Shown here in pieces: positions 63,579 through 64,000 of a stretch of 64,000 nucleotides of DNA (its first letter is position 1; every line of letters starts with the position of its first letter). Location: contig CAWGRW010000009.1 in NCBI GenBank assembly GCA_963825135.1, positions 1,632,001-1,696,000 on the forward strand. Direction: 5' to 3'. This stretch comes from an uncultured bacterium (GTDB taxonomy: Bacteria; Desulfobacterota_D; UBA1144; Nemesobacterales; UBA2774). The notes beneath the pieces were generated by a model. The model made no database searches and had not been told where the DNA came from. It saw nothing but the letters and a program-made list of their open reading frames with translations. A program made the position numbers and the translations under genes.

Positions 63579-64000
63579 CTACTGGATGTAATTTAACGCC
63601 TTGAGTTTCTCTATCTTTTCTTTGTCCAGAGCAACCTTCTCGGTGCTTGAAACTCCGAGCTCTCTGCTCAGCATCTCGGACTCCTGATTGTGATTATTCA
63701 ACAGGTTTTTTGCCTGGTCGGTTGTCGGCTTGTTTTGCAGCAGCGCCAGAGGGTTCTGCTCTCCGGGATCTGTCTTCAGGTCGTAGAGCTCTGCTCGCCC
63801 CGTTACGAGGCTCTCTATGTATTTGCTGCTCTTAAAAATCACCCCTTCCCTGTTTTCGTAATAGAGAAGGCCCGTGCTTATTAACGGCTCCTCGACAAAC
63901 GCGCCCGGGTTATCCGTTAACAGCGGAACAAGGGATTCGGCCGTGGCGGGTTCGCTTTCGTTCGGGATTCGCACGATTTCGAGAACGGTAGGCATGAGGC
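63579..64000 (-). CDS. C-terminal part of a sulfatase-like AP-superfamily protein (truncated by window edge)
   Basis: MPTVL, ELYDLKTDPGEQ and C-terminal LKALNYIQ. Confidence 0.8.
   Translation of the reverse strand, partial: LMPTVLEIVRIPNESEPATAESLVPLLTDNPGAFVEEPLISTGLLYYENREGVIFKSSKYIESLVTGRAELYDLKTDPGEQNPLALLQNKPTTDQAKNLLNNHNQESEMLSRELGVSSTEKVALDKEKIEKLKALNYIQ

Overview
Bacterial chromosomal window. The type IVa pilus gene order and GEMM riboswitch resemble Desulfobacterota/deltaproteobacteria (inference only). Left: pilB(partial)-pilT-pilC-pilS-pilR with no pilA, then DUF151, miaB, an MFS transporter, a likely sigma54-driven outer-membrane porin, and tRNA-Phe(GAA) at 12394-12466. A ~28 kb sulfatase island follows (12.47-40.87 kb). 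Copies of the tRNA-Phe 3' half (16725, 19670, 22014 and a degenerate one at 40826) divide it into four segments. Each copy is preceded by an IHF-like site at the same distance, and the first three also by a CAAAGAACCA motif at the same distance. No integrase is present in the window. This looks like an integrase-free, tRNA-anchored array of sulfatase cassettes and is the best candidate for an undescribed system. The island holds six secreted Cys-type sulfatases, three sulfatase relics, an AraC regulator, DUF1254/DUF2092-type periplasmic proteins, a beta-barrel, a HAD hydrolase and an 8-heme cytochrome c/TPR protein. A cluster of single-base indels at 32-37.6 kb is probably consensus error. Right: XRE operon, a c-di-GMP-I riboswitch ahead of pilMNOPQ plus two lipoproteins, a repeat-flanked hicB/hicA pair, an isobutyryl-CoA-mutase-like two-subunit enzyme, RNase R, and a minus-strand alkaline-phosphatase-superfamily operon. 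All alignments were done by eye; no database searches were run.
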